Origin: Octopus sinensis
Lineage: Eukaryota
Length of the DNA: 64,000 bases
NCBI RefSeq assembly: GCF_006345805.1
Contig: NC_043013.1
Coordinates: 5,208,001 to 5,272,000 of the forward strand
Reading direction: 5' to 3'
The notes under the pieces were generated by a model. That model made no database searches. It was not told the DNA's origin and saw only the letters and a program-made list of their open reading frames with translations. Of the stretch, positions 49,677 to 63,163 are shown one piece after another; position 1 is the first letter of the stretch; each line of letters starts with the position of its first letter. A program made the translations under genes and the position numbers.

Positions 49677-49899
49677 CCCTTTCATTACCAACCTGGCTGA
49701 AACCAGCCCTGGCTCTAAGTACAAATGTCTTGTTTTCATAAGTTTTGAATTAAAATCTTCCACCAAACCTTAGTCACAATTTATGTTCCTAACACTAGCT
49801 GAATGATAACTAAGTTATTTTACTAAATTCTTTGTTATATTTAAAATTAATTGTAAGAAACACAGAACATCTCAAAATAAAAATACAGTAACGAAAGGG
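49677..49899. mobile_element. piggyBac-type MITE
   Basis: TTAA|CCCTTTCATTAC...GTAACGAAAGGG|TTAA. Inverted copies at 27698-27918 and about 29647-29850. Confidence 0.8.
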
Positions 49900-50209
49900 T
49901 TAAATGAAGTAAGCAAGTGCTTAGGGCGTTAGGGGAACAAGAGCACCACAGAAATGGTAAATGGTGTAAGGTACAAAAAAAATCATTTTAAACTTGCTAA
50001 AATAATATTTGAAGTGGTTTATATGATTGGAAATATAATTTTGAAATGCTCTTGGTGGCATAGGGAGGATCTGATCAAGGACTTTGCAATTAAAATAAAG
50101 TTAGAGAAAACTTTTCAAATATAAATAAAGTCAACGTCCACAAAAACAAACATTATTTCCCTTTGTTTGTTTTGTTTCATTTTGAAAAATAATGATTTAT
50201 TTCATGGTT

Positions 50210-50574
50210 TATTACCTCTGCCTTAGCGAAGTTAGGGGTATTGTTTTCAGTCACATTTGTTTGTTTGTCTGTGGACAAGATATCTCAAGAACCGCTAGAT
50301 GGATTCGAATGAAACTTTCAGAGATGTTTGGCCTCATGACTGGCATGAACTGTTTAGATTTTGGGATCGATCCAGTACCGGACAAGGATTCTGGATTTTT
50401 CCAGATTTTTTACTTAATTTTTGAGAGCGGTCGAGTTCATTTTTAGTATTCTCATTTGTGAGAGCAGTCGAGTTTATTTCAGATATTCTCATTTTAAAAA
50501 TCCTCTCCGGCTAATTGTTGAGAAGATGTTGGTGTTGCTTTGGCAGAAGTTTATGCTCTCTGAGTGCTCTTGTT
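50210..50574 (+). mobile_element. Helentron-associated (DINE-1/HINE-like) non-autonomous element; partial copy at 38258-38474
   Basis: Subterminal CCTCTGCC...GGCAGAAG inverted motif, (TTTG/CTGT)n near the 5' end, GAGTGCTCTTGTT end. Confidence 0.6.
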
Positions 50575-52009
50575 ATCGTTTATATTTTGAATTGCATATA
50601 TATATGGGGACATCAAAATCTTTTAAGTGCTTAGGGCCTCTGTGGGTCTTAATCCAGACCTGGTCTCATGTGAATCTTGGACAAAGGGGATTTCATCAAT
50701 TATCCAAAATGTATTACAAGTTTGTTTATTTTCCTCTTGGCAGGAAAATAATGACATTTCTCCTATTTAGTACTCTGTAAATGTCCAACCGTGTGGCTGC
50801 CCACTTTTGCAGTTTTTAGGGGTGACATCAAACAGAATCATATTTACAAAAGAATACCCTTGGGTTCAAAGGGTTAAATGGTTTAACAGAAAGGTCTGTG
50901 CTCAGCCCGTGACCTTCACAAGCCCCTTTGAGACTGTTACATTGAGGAAGAGATAGACCCAGGTAGACATAGAATAAGATGGTGAATCAAGATATTTGAA
51001 TGTTTGGTCTCACGGAGATGATGACAAGTGATCAAGACCCTTTGTTATTCACTGTGCTTGTGAAGACTCAGCAAGCCAAGCGAAGTCATAGTCATGCCCA
51101 GTGCCAATGACACATAAAAGACACCTATGCCCATGATACGTAGAAGACACCCACTACACTCTTGGATTGGTTGGCGTTAGGAAGGCCATCCAGCCATAGA
51201 AACCAAGCTAAATCTGACTGGAACTTGGTCCCTCTACCCATATATACTGTCAAAAATGTGGTGCATGCAAGTATTCAATACAAGGCACATGCACAAAGTG
51301 GAGGCACATGGCTTAGTGATTGGGGTATTTGGCTTACGATCATAAGGGCATGAGTCTATGGGTACAGGAAAAGCATGTGTAGGGAAGGAATTCCAGGGGG
51401 ATAACGTTCAGGGGAGAAAGGAATGTGTGATTTTTGGTGCAGGATCCTGAATTGAGATGAACCCTATGGATGACCAGAATATGAGAGGCAAATAAGTTGG
51501 GGATATCTGAGTGAATGTGACATAAGACCATAAGCCCTCTGAGGGGCAGAGGCTGTTGTAGTAACCATATAAAAGCCAGAAAGAGGAGATGGTGCTTTGT
51601 TTTCAAGAGTCTGGAATGTGATGAAGAGGGACTAATTGCTCGGTCAAGAGACTAATTGAGCCATCAAGGCCTCTCATTAGATAAGGTCAAGATGTCTTCT
51701 AAACTTTTGACGAGATTAGTACAAGGTAACTTTCATTAATTACGCAAAATATAATTGTTTTTCCTTTTCACCAAAAAATTAGTAACACCTAAATATTTAT
51801 TTGTGGTTTCTCACTTGTGATAAAGATTTGAACCTGAGATCAATTTATGTTATTGTTGTAATTTCTTTAACCTTGGTTGCTGCCCCCCACTTTTTTTTTC
51901 TTGTTAAAGCCAAGAGGAACATCAGAGATCTACTTTCTTATGTGGTTTGAAGATGTATCAGGGGCTGAAATCCATCGATGGCTATTAGTAAAGTGTAGTG
52001 ATCTGAGAG

Positions 52010-52440
52010 AGATCATGTCCAGTGAGATACTGTTGTGACCTGAGGGAATCATGTCCAATGACAGACCACAGTAACTGGCAGGAGGTCATATCCAATGATG
52101 GACCACAGGGAGGTCATGTCCAGTGACAGATGACAGTAACCAGAGGGAGGTCATGTCCAGCAACAGATCACAGTAACCAGAGTGGGCTCATGTCCATGAA
52201 CTGGCCACAGTGACCGAAGGGGGGGGGGTCATATCCAGCGACAGACCACGGTAACTGGAAGGAAATTATGTCCAGTGATGGACCACAGTAACCATAGGGA
52301 GGTCATGTCCAGTGACAGACCACATTATCTGGAAGGAGATCATATCCAGTGACCAACCATAGTAACCAGAGGAAGATCATGTTTCATGATACAAGGTAAT
52401 AACCAGAAGGTGACCATGTCTAGTGACATATTATAGTGAC
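52010..52440 (+). repeat. Degenerate ~37-bp minisatellite, about 11-12 units
   Basis: Consensus approximately GTCATGTCCAGTGACAGACCACAGTAACCAGAGGGAG. Confidence 0.8.
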
Positions 52441-53022
52441 CAGACAGTCATGACTGTTTGGTTAAGAAATTCACTTCACAACCACTTGGTTTCAGGATCA
52501 ATCCTATTGTGTGGAACTTTGGCTATCTTCTAGAATAGATTTGGGCTTACTGATGCTTTGTGAGAAAAAGCCCATCATGTGTGTGTGTGTATTCTAAAGC
52601 AATTAGCTACAAGTTGTCTTTGTGATCAAAACAATGAAGTTCCTGTTCCACAATGAATGGTCAGCAAACCATGAAACACGTCAGGGGCAATCTCCTATAT
52701 TTTTCTGTGTACAAAGAGAATAACATGAATTATTTACATTAGTTTAAAGTTCATCTACAAAGACTATAGTTTAGCTAATTTTATGTTAGGTTTTCTAATA
52801 TATGTTGTAATGTGTGTAATTGTTTATTAATATAGACTTGTGCATAAAGTGGCATGCTGGCAGAATGGTTAGCATGCCAGGCAAAATGCATAGCAGCATT
52901 TTGTTTGTCTTTACGTTCCAAGTTCAGATTCCACTGAGATCAACTTTGCCTTTCATCCTTCAAGGTCAATAAAATAAGTACCTGGAATTTATGTAACAAT
53001 TGTCCCCTCCCTGCCTAACTTG

Positions 53023-53069
<47 letters not shown>

Positions 53070-53082
53070 TATATATACAGAG

Positions 53083-53132
<50 letters not shown>

Positions 53133-53146
53133 GCAGGCAGACAGAT

Positions 53147-53178
<32 letters not shown>

Positions 53179-53579
53179 GAGATTGATCATGCTGGTAGCA
53201 TGTAAAAAGCATCAGTGGTTGGTGTTAGGAAGGGCATCCGGCTGTAGAAACACTGCCAGATCAGATTGATGCCTGGTGTGATCTCCTGGCTTGCCAGTCC
53301 CCAGTCAAACTGTCCAACCCATGCCAGCATGGAAAGCGGACGTTAAGCAATGCTGATAATGATGATATATTTAATTCAAATTTATAGAAAATGAAAGATG
53401 AAGACAGGTGAAAGAACAACAAGAAGGTTTGACACTCAAGAGGAATGGAAAAGTCTTTGATGTTTCAAGCTTACACTCTTTAACAGAAAGAATTGTGATC
53501 CAAAAATTGTGTAGGGATAAACGATTCAACATGATGAAATGGCCCCCCCCCCATATATATAAAGTACAAATATAATAGA

Positions 53580-53976
53580 CTAGCAGTATCGCCCGGCGTT
53601 GCTCGGGTTTGTAAGGGAAATAACTATATAAGCATTTTTAGAGACTTATAGCCAAAAAATAGCAAAAAAATGCATTAAAAATTGAAAAAAAATTAAGGTA
53701 AATTTTTTTTTTAAATCGTTGACACATCGTAGATATTTTTAGAGAGTTACTTCCCTTATATAAAAGCGAAAAAAATGCATTAAAATGGAAAAATATGATG
53801 GTAAATTTTTTTTAAATCGTAGACTCATCGTAGACGCACGCTAATACCCAGAAGGGCTCGATATGAATCACGACTATAAGATACCCGCTTTTGGTTAAAC
53901 TGCACCGCAAAATGTGGGAGTAGTTACAAATCTAAATTGTAGGAGACAGACACACAACTTCACTCTTATATAAAGA
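53580..53976 (-). mobile_element. Non-autonomous Helitron (same family as 43731)
   Basis: Reverse-complement match with TC and CTAG termini. Confidence 0.75.
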
Positions 53977-54302
53977 TGCTTTTTTTTTTCAGTCATAGAG
54001 TTAGATTTATGAAGGTCTTCAGTAGAAAATCCTTCGAATTCTGACTCGCTGCTTGATATAATGAAATTCGTATCCATTTTTTGTCAGAATTACAAATTTT
54101 GAAAACACAATAGGAACAAATTTCAGAAAAAAATCTCCCATAATTCACGGAATTAAAATTACACTTCGATTTTTGTACAAAACTGTATTTGAAGTGTTTA
54201 CGAAGTATAATACGTGTTTTCACGAATGTACTAAAGAGATTTACTCTGATATTCTCATTTAAATATGAATAGGTAAATTCGGGCGGTTTGGTAACGAAAG
54301 GG
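53977..54302 (-). mobile_element. 5' end of a piggyBac-like transposon with the start of a putative transposase ORF, cut off by a Helitron
   Basis: Same TIR (CCCTTTCGTTACC). ATG 54077 gives MDTNFIISSSESEFEGFSTEDL, an acidic Ser-rich start typical of piggyBac transposases. Confidence 0.55.
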
Positions 54303-54987
54303 TTTATATAAGTGTCGTCTGTTTATACATAAACACTGTTTCATACTTTCAGTTTAGTCTTCCTCAAATCACTCTGTCGCTATTTACTCTCTTCCAAGAA
54401 CATTTTCACTCACTCTTATCTGTTAGCTTGCCATACATTTTACTCATGTATCTATCAGCGTGATAGACAGAAACAATATTACATCTAGTTTCACTTTATT
54501 CGTTGCACACTGTGTGTGTGCGTTTGCGTGTGCTGTAAACCAGACTAAGAAAAGCATTTGACATACACACCAGAATGTGAGTTTTCTGCAAATTTTGCTT
54601 AATTGGAGTTTAAATTTTAAAAACTGGACCTGGCAAAACCCGATGCATTCTACTCTTAAAAATGCTAGGTAAATTGTAATTGAAGAAATCCTATATTGTA
54701 GATTTCTATAACTGACAAAGGGAGGCATATAAAATCTGCCTTTTATAATAAGAGATAGACAGACAATAAGATAGGCAGGCAGGCAGGCAGGCAGACATAG
54801 ATTGACAGACAGACAAATAAATAGACAGACAGACAGACAGATAAATAGACAGACAGACAGATAAATAGACAGACAGACAGATAGATAAATAGACAGACAG
54901 ACAGACAGATAGATAGACAGACAGACAGACGGACGGACAGATAGGTATGTATCTATGTATGTATTTATAATTTCTTTCCTTTAACAG

Positions 54988-55096
54988 GTGATTGCCGTCA
55001 GGGAGATCTTTGACCAAGAAAGAGTTATCGGTTTCAATTCTGTTTGTGTTTTAACCATACCATATGAAAGTGACTGCCAATTCATGCTATCAAATG
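54988..55096 (+). CDS. Probable CABIT-domain protein, second coding exon (VIAVREIFDQERVIGFNSVCVLTIPYESDCQFMLSN+G)
   Basis: TTTCTTTCCTTTAACAG acceptor, G|GTATGT donor, 109 nt. Phase 0 to 1 bridges the neighbouring exons. Confidence 0.75.
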
Positions 55097-55819
55097 GTAT
55101 GTATTAATATTCATTTTTTCTAATTAGCCATCTTATCCTAATTAAATCATTTATGAACCATCTTTGTTAAAACCCTCCGTTTATTTCATTACATGATATA
55201 CTGTTGCCATTGTAACTAGCCACTGATTAGCTCGCACATAGACAAACAGATAAATAGACAGAAAGACAGATAGGAAGATAGACAGACAGACAGATAGATA
55301 AATAGACAGACAGACAGATAGATAAATAGACAGACAGATAGACTCATGTCCTTATGATCGTAAGCCAAATACCCCAATCACTAAGCCATGTGCCTCCACT
55401 TTGTGCATGTGCCTTGTATTGAATACTTGCATGCACCACATTTTTGACAGTATATATGGGTAGAGGGACCAGGTTCCAGTCAGATTTAGCTTGGTTTCTA
55501 TGGCTGGATGGCCTTCCTAACGCCAACCAATCCAAGAGTGTAGTGGGTGTCTTCTACGTATCATGGGCATAGGTGTCTTTTATGTGTCATTGGCACTGGG
55601 CATGACTATGACTTCGCTTGGCTTGCTGAGTCTTCACAAGCACAGTGAATAACAAAGGGTCTTGATCACTTGTCATCATCTCCGTGAGACCAAACATTCA
55701 AATATCTTGATTCACTATCTTATCCTATGTCTACCTGGGTCTATCTCTTCCTCAGGTTCCCTCTACAGTCAGAGATCAGCACTTCTTTACATAGTTGTCC
55801 TCACGTAATTAAGTTTAGA

Positions 55820-56090
55820 AATGTCAGGGATTAATGAAGATTACATAGGTCAAGCAAAGCTTACTCTAAGAAGTATACTGACCGTTCACTGACAACAGAT
55901 ATGAGACTCCTGTGCTAGACAGATTCCACTGAGTGGACACATAGACATATGTGCAAAAAATAAGTCCCCTAAATTCCAGGTCTTCATACTCTGTGTTCAG
56001 GGAATACCACAGATGAAGCATGGGTAAACAAAGAAAACACTTTCATACAAAAGTACAAATCCAGACTTAACAAACTTTAACAAAATACTT
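55820..56090 (+). pseudogene. Decayed Penelope GIY-YIG endonuclease remnant
   Basis: In-frame EDYIGQ...LTVH*QQI*D...RQIPLSGHIDIC; the stops are consistent with CGA to TGA decay. Confidence 0.65.
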
Positions 56091-57017
56091 ACACAAATAA
56101 CTATTCACACACAAAACTCATTCTACCACTTAACATGAGGAACCTACACAACTAACAACCTAAACTTTAGCCACTGGACTACATACAAACAACTCTTGTC
56201 CACTATCCCACCTGGCAGATGAAATTTGGAGTGCCTTGATTGTAACTAAACATGTTCACTCAACTGTGTCAGCCTTCATTTTAGGCTCAAAATATACTGC
56301 CACATGGCACTAATGTAGTGGGGGCGGGGAATGTACTGAAGGTTCTAAACTTAATCACATGTTCATTCTCTTCAAACACTTGACAGAAAACATTCAGAGC
56401 GTTGATTGTTTAGTACTACTGCTTGACTTGTTCAGTCAACTGTATCAGCCTTAACTTATGATACTAAACATTGTTACTTGACACTAACACACAGACAAAA
56501 GGGAAACCTACAAAAATTTCCCAGTTAAGTCATATAACTATCCTCTACCAATCAAACCTTATTCAAAACATATACTAATTTGAGACCTATAAAAAATAGG
56601 GCAAGCTTCAAACACAATCAGAAGCAAAACAGCTGTGACATAAGCCATGTCTTTCTATTTCAAATTTTTGAAAATCAGTGTAAAGTGTGAAACCGTTTAA
56701 AGCTTCAAATATATCAATAGAAATATTTTAACTATTCTCAGTGCATTTTCAACTTCTATTTTTCCTATATTTCTACCTATGTGGAATAAAATAACATCGT
56801 TTTCTGTGTGTGAGAGTGTATGTGTGTGTGTGTGTGTGTGTGCATGTGTATATGTGTGTGTGTGCGTGTGTGTGTATAAGTCTATCTCTTTAGCTATCTA
56901 TCTACATAAATTTCCATCTGTCTATCTATCTATCCGACCATCTGTCTGTCAGTCCATTCGTCTGTCTATCTATTAGCTAGCTAGCTACATATTATCTATC
57001 TATCTATATATATATAT

Positions 57018-57063
<46 letters not shown>

Positions 57064-57097
57064 ATAATATATATATATATATTATATATATATATAG

Positions 57098-58140
57098 TTA
57101 TCCGTAATAATGAAGGGTGAAATTAATTAATTTGGAAAATTATCAATTACACCAAGTAGTCTTCGGCATGTAAAAGCCTCATTCGAGGAAAATTAAGTAA
57201 TACTAAGCAATAAGGGTTTAGCAACGAGTTGCCTTACCACATACCGAATTTAGAAATAGCAGTCAAAGGGTTATAGCTATTTCTTCTACAAAATATCTAA
57301 TTCTTAATATCTAATTCTTATGCTTTCCTTAAACCTTGATTTCGAAACGTACGTCCGTGGATAACTAAAAAAATGTATGATAGATTGCAGTCAATCATTC
57401 TCTCTTACCTGTTGTGTCTGCCTTCCAAATGTTTTTACTGAGATCTCGCTTTTTTGTAGAAGAAATAGCTATAACCTTTGACTGCTATTTCTAAATTCGG
57501 TATGTGGTAAGGCAACTCGTTGCTAAACCCTTATTGCTTAGTATTACTTAAATTTTCCTCGAATGAGGCTTTTACATGCCGAGACTACTTGGTGTAATTG
57601 ATAATTTTTCCAAATTAATTAATTTCACCCTTCATTATTACGGATAACCATATTTTATCTCAGTAGATGACCACAGCATCTTGTTTTGGCTACACGCGGG
57701 TGGGAAGGGGCTGTTGACACAATCGTTTCATTCACAATTGAATTCGGTGATACCAGTTGCGGATTCTAGCTCGCTCTGATACTGAGTGGAGTTGGTGCCT
57801 TCTGGTATCTCAAAATTCAATATATAATCATTTATGATTATAGTATTCTCGCTGAAGAGAAAAGAAGTTTCGGTAAGATAGAATTATTTATTATTAATAT
57901 TTAATATCTAATTCTTATGCTTTCCTTAAAACTTGATTTCGAAACGTACGTCGTGGATAACTAAAAAAATGTATGATAGATTGCAGTCATTCATTCTCTT
58001 TACCTGTTTGTGTCTGCCTTCCAAATGCTGTTTTTCTGAGATCTCGCTTTTTTGTAGAAGAAATAGCTATAACCCTTTGACTGCTATTTCTAAATTCGGT
58101 ATGTGGTAAGGCAACTCGTTGCTAAACCCTTATGCTTAGT
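57098..58140 (+). mobile_element. Non-autonomous Penelope-type element: inverted tail + two direct terminal repeats
   Basis: 57098-57293 is the inverse of 57452-57647. About 57300-57545 repeats directly at about 57900-58140. Hammerhead with extended helix II at 57845-57958. Confidence 0.7.
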
Positions 58141-58246
58141 ATATATATATATATATATATGTATGTATATGATTTTCAAAATGTAACCACATGTGAATCG
58201 TTGGCGATTTTCTTCCTCCATCTTCCCTTCTTTCGGACTTTCCTCT

Positions 58247-58282
58247 GTTTCTGAAGAAGAGCTTTTGCTTGAAATGTTAAAC
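58247..58282 (+). ncRNA. Hammerhead motif, same family
   Basis: GTTT-CTGAAGA-AGAGC(TTTT)GCTT-GAAATGTT^AAAC. Confidence 0.6.
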
Positions 58283-58496
58283 CATCTTTCTTTCCTTTCC
58301 TGAGCATCTGCTAATACATTACATGTACCACGTCCTCACTTTGTTGTTTTTCCATGTTTGTTCTTTCTTTTTGGGGATTTACTATACATATATATATGTA
58401 TATGTGGGTGTATATATATATATATATATATTTACATATCTATCTATCTGTTTGTTTGTCTGTGTGTCTATTTATCTATTTATCTATTTATTTCAG

Positions 58497-58679
58497 ACAG
58501 ATTTAATCAGTCAGAAACAATGGCATCTGTTCTACAAAAGCATTCCATACCCTTTACTGTTAATCTGCAGTCTAAATTCCCAACTATGAAACAGCATGAT
58601 TTATTCAAATATACACGTGAAATTAAAATTACACATAAAAGATCCCTAAAATATCTTCTATGTTACGATATAATCAATG
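58497..58679 (+). CDS. Probable CABIT-domain protein, third coding exon (DRFNQSETMASVLQKHSIPFTVNL...LKYLLCYDIIN+G)
   Basis: TTTCAG acceptor at 58496, G|GTATGA donor, 183 nt, phase 1-1, open. Confidence 0.75.
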
Positions 58680-58943
58680 GTATGATACATTTTTTAATCA
58701 TTTTTAGACATTTTTATTATTTTCTATATTTTGACTCCGTAGATGCAGGCATGGCTGTGTGGTTAAGTAGCTTGTTTCCCATCTATATAGCCTCAGGTTC
58801 AGTCCCACTGTGCAGCACCTTGGGCAAGTGTCTTCTACTATAGCCCAGGCCAGTCGAGGCATTGTGAATGAATTTGAGATGGAAACTGAAAGAAGCCTAT
58901 CATATATATATTACATACATACATACATACATACAAAAATTTC

Positions 58944-58975
<32 letters not shown>

Positions 58976-59924
58976 CATTTACCATCATCATCATTATTTA
59001 TCATCCATTTGAGAGAAGCTGGCAAGCCAGAGAGCTGCACCAGGCTCCAATTGTCTGTTTTGGCTTGATTTCTACAGCTGGATGCCCTTCCTAATACCAA
59101 CCTTTTTACAGAGAGTTCTGGTCATCCTTAGGGTTACAGCTGTTTCACATCTTTCATCATGTAATAATAATTTCAGTATGTAGTAAGTTATTTTACATGT
59201 CTGCACCAACGTATGTTTACAAATCAATGCAGATAAAGAAACCTAGCTCATCAGACCACCAGAATACCATGGTTACATCAATGTGTCAGCTACCTTTATT
59301 TCTATTGATTTGCAAATATGCAATTTTATTGTATAATGCACAGTGCGCATATTGGTGCAGACATGTAAACATGATTTATTATGCATTTAAATTATTATTG
59401 CTTGATAAAGGTTGTGATATGGCCATAATCCTAAGTGAGGCAATAAATATATTCACCTTTACTACCATCTGGCTTTTTGTGGTTTATATACTCTTCGTGA
59501 AATAAATTCATTGATCAGATCTCCTGGATTGCAGCTGCACAGAACTCTGCATTATACTCCTCCATATTGAATTACTGTGTGGTCTGATGGCCAGATCCAC
59601 AAGAAGAGCTTTCTATGATAGCCATATGATTCTATGAATCTATATATTCTTTTCCACTCTAGGTACAAGGCCCAAAATTTTGGGGGAGGGGGCCCAGTTG
59701 ATTAGATTGACCCCAGCATGCAACTGGTACTTAATTTATTGGGCCCAAAAGGATGAAAGGCAAAGTCAACTGAGGCGAAATTTGAACTCAGAACATAAAA
59801 CCAGACGAAATACCGCTAAGCATTTCGCCAGGCATGCTAACATTTCTGCCAGCTCGCCGCCTTAACACATAATGGGTATACAAATCTATATATTACACTA
59901 CAAATTTATATATATGTATGTATG

Positions 59925-59963
<39 letters not shown>

Positions 59964-60168
59964 GGATGCAGCACGGACTTTGTCAGTGAACAGGTCGCGG
60001 ATTTTAGCGACGAAAATATTTTGACAAATTAAACTTAAATGTTGAAGTGAATCGAACGGCTTTTGTGTGTTTCTTAAATGGCTTATAAACACCTTCCACG
60101 CTGCAATTGTTTTCGTTTCAGCACACGATCTCAGATCAAATTACTTGCTATGCAAGTACATCTCCGTA

Positions 60169-60237
<69 letters not shown>

Positions 60238-60329
60238 TATAGTGAATTCAAACAAAGAAGAACAAACAACAACGCAAGGACGTGGTAAAGCACTGTATTA
60301 TCTGATGCTCAGGAAAGGAAGGAAAGATG

Positions 60330-60364
60330 ATTTAACGTTTCGAGCAAAGCTCTTCTTCAGAAAT
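60330..60364 (-). ncRNA. Hammerhead motif, same family
   Basis: ATTT-CTGAAGA-AGAGC(TTT)GCTC-GAAACGTT^AAAT, with a compensatory helix I change. Confidence 0.65.
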
Positions 60365-60447
60365 AGGGGAAGTCCAAAAGAAGGGAAGACAGAGGAAGAA
60401 AATCGTCAATGGTTCACATGTGGTTGCATTTTGAGTATATACATATA

Positions 60448-60850
60448 TAGGCGCAGGAGTGGCTGTGTGGTAAGTAGCTTGCTAACCAACCACATGGTTC
60501 CGGGTTCAGTCCCACTGCGTGGCATCTTGGGCAAGTGTCTTCTGCTATAGCCCCAGGCCGACCAATGCCTTGTGAGTGGATTTGGTAGACGGAAACTGAA
60601 AGAAGCCTGTCGTATATATATATATATATATATCTGTATATGTGTGTTTGTGTGTCTGTGTTTGTCCCCCTAGCATTGCTTGACAACCGATGCTGGTGTG
60701 TTTACGTCCCCGTCACTTAGCGGTTCGGCAAAAGAGACCGATAGAATAAGCACTGGGCTTACAAAGAATAAGTCCTGGGGTCGATTTGCTCGACTAAATG
60801 CGGTGCTCCAGCATGGCCGCAGTCAAAATGACTGAAACAAGTAAAAGAGT
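60448..60850 (+). mobile_element. SINE family 1
   Basis: Matches consensus. Confidence 0.88.
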
Positions 60851-61288
60851 ATATACTAGCTGGCCCCGTGCCGTCAAAAATGACCGCTAATTGTAGTATT
60901 TTATATATAAATATGGATAGTAAATCAAATTAATATGCTTATCAATGTTATCTAGTGGTTGTCTTTTGAGATGCGACATCGATCATCGTTTGTTACTGAA
61001 AGAGCACTGGTTCACATATCCAAACATCCACATACTTCCCTTGTACACGCACACACATGCAAACATATACTCACACACAGTTGAAATGCCCCCACTACCG
61101 CCCTTCCTTATTCATCTATCACCCCTTCGTTTCTCATTCATATGTTGTGACGGAAGAAAACATGAGTATTATTATAGTAGATATGTATGCATATTTGTAT
61201 GTGTGCATGTCTGTTTAAGTTCCAAATACCAACTCAATAATGACCAAATTATTCTATCAAATATATTAATTTTTGAAATAAATTAAAA

Positions 61289-61441
61289 AAGTAGCTTGCT
61301 TACGAACCACATGCTTCTGGGTTCAGTCCCACTGCGTGACATCTTGGGAAAGTATCTTCCACTATAGCCTCAGGCCGACCAAAGCCTTGTGAATGGATTT
61401 GGTAGACGGAAACTAAAAGAAGCCCATCGTATATATGTATG

Positions 61442-61487
<46 letters not shown>

Positions 61488-63163
61488 TGTATGTATGTAT
61501 GTATGCATGTGTGTTTATGTTTGTCCCCCCAACATTGCTTGACAACTGATGGTGATGTGTTTACATCCCCGTAACTTAGCAGTTCGGCAAAAGAGACTAA
61601 TAGAATAAGTACTAGGTTTACAAAGAATAAATCCTGGGATTGATTTGTTTGACTAAAGGCAGTGCTCCAGCATGGCCACAGTCAAATGACTGAAACAAGT
61701 AAAAGAGTAATATCATTATTTTCAAAATTAATTAAATTAAAATTTGCTTATTTTCAACAGAAACATAGGGTTAATAGGGCTAAACTTTCAATCTTAGCAA
61801 CCTTAGATTTGTTTCATTCTATTTTGAAAAGTTTGAACATTTTGTACTGAAAGCACTGGCTGATAGCTATGCCCCTTCTTTGCATTGTTGACTTCCAACT
61901 CAACACTTCTAACTCAGTTTCTTATCCTTTCGCTCAATGTTTCTTCTTTTGCATGAAAAGAAAAGCAGAACCAGTAAATAAATTTTTTAAAATCCTGATA
62001 TATGACCTAATGGCGTAGGAGTGGCTGTGTGGTAAGTAGCTTGCTTACAAACCACATGGTTCTGGGTTCAGTCCCACTGCGTGGCACCTTGGGCAAGTGT
62101 CTTCTACTATAGCCTAGGGCTGACCAGAGCCTTGTAAGTGGATTTGGTAGACAGAAACTGAAAGAAGCCCATTGCATATATGTATATATATATATGTGTG
62201 TGTGTGTGTGTATGTGTGTGTGTATACGTTTGTGTGTCTGTGTTGTCCCCCCAACATTGCTTGACAACTGATGGTGATGTGTTTACATCCCCGTAACTTA
62301 GCAGTTCGGCAAAAGAGACTAATAGAATAAGTACTAGGTTTACAAAGAATAAATCCTGGGATTGATTTGTTTGACTAAAGGCAGTGCTCCAGCATGGCCA
62401 CAGTCAAATGACTGAAACAAGTAAAAGAGTAATATCATTATTTTCAAAATTAATTAAATTAAAATTTGCTTATTTTCAACAGAAACATAGGGTTAATAGG
62501 GCTAAACTTTCAATCTTAGCAACCTTAGATTTGTTTCATTCTATTTTGAAAAGTTTGAACATTTTGTACTGAAAGCACTGGCTGATAGCTATGCCCCTTC
62601 TTTGCATTGTTGACTTCCAACTCAACACTTCTAACTCAGTTTCTTATCCTTTCGCTCAATGTTTCTTCTTTTGCATGAAAAGAAAAGCAGAACCAGTAAA
62701 TAAATTTTTTAAAATCCTGATATATGACCTAATGGCGTAGGAGTGGCTGTGTGGTAAGTAGCTTGCTTACAAACCACATGGTTCTGGGTTCAGTCCCACT
62801 GCGTGGCACCTTGGGCAAGTGTCTTCTACTATAGCCTAGGGCTGACCAGAGCCTTGTAAGTGGATTTGGTAGACAGAAACTGAAAGAAGCCCATTGCATA
62901 TATGTATATATATATATGTGTGTGTGTGTGTGTATGTGTGTGTGTATACGTTTGTGTGTCTGTGTTTGTCCCCCCAACATCGCTTGACAACCGATGCTGG
63001 TGTGTTTACAACTCCGTAACTTAGCAGTTCGGCAAAAGAGACTGATAGAATAAGTACTAGGCTTACAAATAATAAGTCCTGGAGTCGATTTGCTTGACTA
63101 AAGGCGATGCTCCAGCATGGCGACAGTCAGATGACTGAAACAAGTAAAAGAGAGTAAAGAGTA
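61289..63163 (+). repeat. Three SINE family 1 units (61289-61710, 62011-62432, 62733-63163) produced by a 722-bp tandem duplication
   Basis: About 61526-62247 repeats almost exactly at 62248-62969. Identical ORF-track entries are offset by 722. Confidence 0.9.

Larger units (their letters stand above)
50943..55754. repeat. 417-bp near-identical inverted duplication (50943-51359 vs 55338-55754)
   Basis: Reverse-complement match with about 4 differences by my count; ORF-track entries 51162 and 55344 are nearly identical. Confidence 0.9.

Noticed and set aside
49510-49773. 87-aa ORF as an extra exon of the CABIT-like gene
   Set aside because: Candidate acceptors give stops or wrong phase, and the ORF runs into a piggyBac MITE.
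56270-56480. Two tandem modules resembling hammerheads downstream of the GIY-YIG remnant
   Set aside because: Core too degenerate to call.
61276-61301. Possible third insertion at the SINE target (SINE begins exactly at AAGTAGCTTGCTT after an A-rich run)
   Set aside because: Upstream DNA does not match the element's 3'UTR and no matching SINE head with TSD was found. Suggestive only.
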